DNA of 60,287 bases, counting the filler, from Globobulimina sp. (taxonomy: Eukaryota): the NCBI GenBank assembly GCA_003354225.1. It is 7 parts of 7 records of this genome, joined end to end, with 100 filler letters (N's around TTAATTAATTAA, not from the genome) between each part and the next. Parts side by side here need not be neighbours in the genome. Positions count along the whole stretch, not along the records: positions 51,852 to 60,287 come from PIVH01000082.1; 6 more parts are not named here. One strand, given 5' to 3'. Of this stretch, positions 57,336-60,287 are shown piece after piece; position 1 is the first letter of the stretch; the number at the start of each line of letters is the position of its first letter. Made by a program: the position numbers and the translations under genes. The notes beneath the pieces are model-generated. The model searched no databases. It had not been told where the DNA came from and was given only the letters and a program-made list of their open reading frames with translations.

Positions 57336-57747
57336 TTATTATTATTAAATAACTGTTTAAATTAAATTGAATCAACTTTTACTTAAAACAAAATAAAAAC
57401 GAATTTATGGATTGAAAAAATGTGCGAATATATTAATATTATGGATAATTTAACGGAAAAAAAGGTTTAATGTCACAGTAACGATTAAAAATAAAAATAC
57501 AGTGACTTCAAACAACAAAAATAAAAGGAATTTACTGTTATTTCTTAAACGTAATCAAAAATTAAACTCACTCAATAACAATATCAATATAAAATCGATA
57601 TTATTCTATAACTGCGTTATTTTACCAATAAAATTGCAAAATAAGCGTATATAATTTGAATACAAATAACACACACAAAAATATCACACAATTTACGGGG
57701 ACTAACACAGTTTTAACACACCACTAAAAAGTGGCGGTTGAGCAGTT

Positions 57748-59037
57748 TTAGAAGTCTTGGTGGCTCCCTTTATTTTGTGGGCCACCAAAATTTAATGAAC
57801 TAAAATTTACATTGTAATTATTGTTATTTTCCTGATTATTTATCATATCTGAGTCAATATCATTATTTTGCTCCATTTCATCATTGCTTTCATAGTCTTT
57901 ACAGCAACGATCAAAAGAAACATTTGCCCCATTTATTGACCATAATTTGTGTTCGATTGCATAACTAATCGTTTCTCGCGGTGTAATGTTACCAGATTTA
58001 TAATTAAATATTCTTGTTATTGCATCAATTAATAATGGTAACGCAATCTGATATTTATTCATTTTTCTCGCCTGTTTGTGGATGGCCTCAATGACAGGTT
58101 TGTGAGTACAAAGACTGTCCATTTTTTGCTGAAATTCAGATTTTTGAACTTCGTTATTAATCAACAATTTTTTATTCACGGCCTTGTCAATTCTGCCTAA
58201 ACGCTTTATTGTTATATCTAAGCCGCACGGAAGACCATTAATTGTGTAATCTGTCGGTCTGAATTCACGTTCGTCATCATCCAGATCTTCAATTCTTGTG
58301 TTAGATGACAATTCAAATGATTTTGGCTTAAATCTTTTTCCTATGTCGTCAAAAGAGATAAAAAATTCCCATTGCTTTGGTTTTAATTGTTTCATATTGA
58401 TTGTAAACCAAATTGCTAACTGTTGTAACGATGCTAATTCCTTAATGCTACACGAGAAAAAATTGGGTCTCATGCCAAATATTCTGTATTTATAGAGATA
58501 TGCAGCATTTTTATTTGTTGTAAGGTGACAAACGGAATCTATCCCATTTCCACCTAACAACCGTACTAATTTTTCATTTGTTATTAGATTTTCTTTGATG
58601 AGGTTGATTGTCGCATTTAGTGTTTGCGCATCTTCCTCTTTTACGATAAAAATCACTTTGGCGTACTTTACAAATTCTTGTTTATCTGCGCTGAAATTAC
58701 GGACCACCGAAACATCACTGACTCGCTTATTTATTTTAATTGCAATGCTAATCGGTACGACTTCTTTGAGGATGTCGGTGAATCCATATTGGCTCATATG
58801 CCTCGCCGTAATTGCTTTAATTATTAATTGAATTTCATGCATTGTTTGTGTCGAATCACGATAATTAGGATATTTTCTTACATAAATTGCATTTGGTCCA
58901 TACAAATCGATGATGTCATCGATGTTTCGCGCTGTAAATCCAACTAAAGTTTCACCAATTTTGTAATTTGATGTATCTTTAATGTATTCTAATTGCTCTC
59001 GATTTAATTGTTTATTCGCTTCAACAAAATCTGCCAT
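57748..59037 (-). CDS. LINE ORF1-like protein
   Basis: 429-aa intact ORF directly upstream of ORF2 on the same strand; no CCHC knuckle seen. Confidence 0.65.
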   Translation of the reverse strand: MADFVEANKQLNREQLEYIKDTSNYKIGETLVGFTARNIDDIIDLYGPNAIYVRKYPNYRDSTQTMHEIQLIIKAITARHMSQYGFTDILKEVVPISIAIKINKRVSDVSVVRNFSADKQEFVKYAKVIFIVKEEDAQTLNATINLIKENLITNEKLVRLLGGNGIDSVCHLTTNKNAAYLYKYRIFGMRPNFFSCSIKELASLQQLAIWFTINMKQLKPKQWEFFISFDDIGKRFKPKSFELSSNTRIEDLDDDEREFRPTDYTINGLPCGLDITIKRLGRIDKAVNKKLLINNEVQKSEFQQKMDSLCTHKPVIEAIHKQARKMNKYQIALPLLIDAITRIFNYKSGNITPRETISYAIEHKLWSINGANVSFDRCCKDYESNDEMEQNNDIDSDMINNQENNNNYNVNFSSLNFGGPQNKGSHQDF

Positions 59038-59297
59038 TTTTAATGTGCGAAAATGCGTATGTTATTCACAAAAAAATTGATTGCTACCTATATAATCAAA
59101 TAATACTACCACAAATTGGTTTGTTTGGATAATGCCAACGTTTAGTAACCAACTTGTAACAAATAATCGCTACGTAAACTGCAACTTTATACTGGTTAAT
59201 ACCAATTGATTGTAATGACTGACGCCCGCTCTGTAATGGGAGGACTATTGCGACTGGTGCTACGACAATCAGCTAAATCAACTTACGGTACTTTAAA

Positions 59298-59765
59298 CTA
59301 GCAACAAGGTGCCATTATGGTAGTGAGGTAGTGAGGTAGTGAGGTAGTGAGGTAGTGAGGTTCCTTTCCACAGTCATCACATTCAATATAATGCATTGCT
59401 ATATTCGTCGAATCCGCTTTCTTTTGCCATCGCGTAACTTGTTTATGCTTACATGTATTTATTGAATCTAATGAATTCTGCACATTACTTAATGCAGTGT
59501 TAATTGATACATTTTTATACGTAATTGGTATATTTCTGTATCCCGATGTCGTGGGTGTCTGGCTGGCAGATTTGGGTGTTACTGATACTGACTGCAAATC
59601 TGAGCGTGGTGTTACTGAATCCGAGCGCGGTGTGCTTACCACTGAGCCAAATGACTGCTTCTCTGCAAACATCAACATATTGTTGCCATACACAACCGAT
59701 TGAAACGTTGCAAGAGCTGATAAATCATTGCAAGTGATATTATCCACATTTTCTGATTTGAACAT
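59298..59765 (-). CDS. Small ORF with zinc-ribbon-like motif, possibly an extra ORF of the LINE
   Basis: Repeated SVTP(R/K)S motifs and CKH...YIECDDCGK. ATG at 59765. Confidence 0.4.
   Translation of the reverse strand: MFKSENVDNITCNDLSALATFQSVVYGNNMLMFAEKQSFGSVVSTPRSDSVTPRSDLQSVSVTPKSASQTPTTSGYRNIPITYKNVSINTALSNVQNSLDSINTCKHKQVTRWQKKADSTNIAMHYIECDDCGKEPHYLTTSLPHYLTTIMAPCC
59319..59360. repeat. Microsatellite (GGTAGTGA)x5
   Basis: Five perfect 8-bp copies. Confidence 0.95.
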
Positions 59766-59989
59766 GGTCGTACTACTAACTACTAACAAAAATCCCAAAT
59801 TTTTCTCCTTTCTCCATGACAACTTGTAGCAGCGGTTTGCAATCGCGACATCGCAAAAGGTCATTAACCACTGCCTTCCAAGGAATAGATGTTGGAGAGT
59901 TCGAGACACCGTCCAAGAAAGCCAGAGTAAGGATAGATAAAACAGTCAAAAACAAACAACCAATCTCGGTATCGGATGCAAAAAATCAT

Positions 59990-60287
59990 ATGGATGATAC
60001 CAGCGACATCACATTTATTGTCGGTACAGATAAGAATAAAAAAGCATTTTATGTCCGTGGCGAATTATTTTGTAATCAATCCAAAGCATTAAAAAACTTA
60101 ATTGAAACCAATACAAATCGAGTTATTTGTATGAACGATATTTCCATAGAAACATTTGAATTTATTACAGATTATATCTACGATCACAAACATCCATTGT
60201 TAACATTTACAAATATTGTTCCCGTCTTATACTTTGCACAGAAATATGACATATTCCTTTTGATTGAAAATTGCCAACAAAAATTAA
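59990..60287 (+). CDS. BTB/POZ-domain protein, 3' truncated; not in the supplied ORF track
   Basis: Hand translation gives MDDTSDITFIVG...FYVRGELFCNQSKALKNLI...DISIETFEFITDYIY...VLYFAQKYDIFLLIENC. Confidence 0.8.
   Translation, partial: MDDTSDITFIVGTDKNKKAFYVRGELFCNQSKALKNLIETNTNRVICMNDISIETFEFITDYIYDHKHPLLTFTNIVPVLYFAQKYDIFLLIENCQQKL

Larger units (their letters stand above)
51852..59935 (-). mobile_element. Non-LTR retrotransposon (LINE) with APE, RT and RNase H; ends approximate
   Basis: Uninterrupted ORF1 and ORF2 in tandem on the minus strand, with a possible extra upstream ORF. No poly(A) tail or TSD visible. Confidence 0.85.

Overview
This window is not one locus. It is seven unrelated ~8.5 kb contigs in descending length, joined by artificial 100-bp N/TTAATTAATTAA spacers. 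The DNA is from an AT-rich, gene-dense eukaryote with short GT-AG introns. The protein families look foraminiferan/Rhizaria-like, which is inference only. Host genes include a Ser/Thr kinase, a TM-RGS protein, MAD1, nitronate monooxygenase, a sulfurtransferase, an SCP-type phosphatase, a PfkB-SIS fusion, a degenerate myosin head, a TRP channel, F-box-type proteins, PAT1 and a BTB fragment. Four regions stand out. (1) Contig 1 is a co-oriented cassette with a Mutator-type transposase, an F-box beta-helix gene, an RPA-like OB protein, an iteron-like repeat and a frameshifted J-domain/D5-type SF3 helicase. It is a candidate replication-competent transposon or endogenous virus. (2) Contig 5 holds a DIRS-like retroelement whose gag, RT-RNaseH and recombinase frames each begin at a phase-1 splice acceptor compatible with one upstream GTAAGT donor. 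(3) Contig 2 has an array of GNA-loop hairpins that ends in a 63-nt miniaturised tRNA-like Pol III unit. (4) Contig 7 has a very divergent LINE with an LMDD catalytic motif and an RT insertion that resembles the C-terminus of its own ORF1. All family calls come from motif recognition by eye; no database searches were run.
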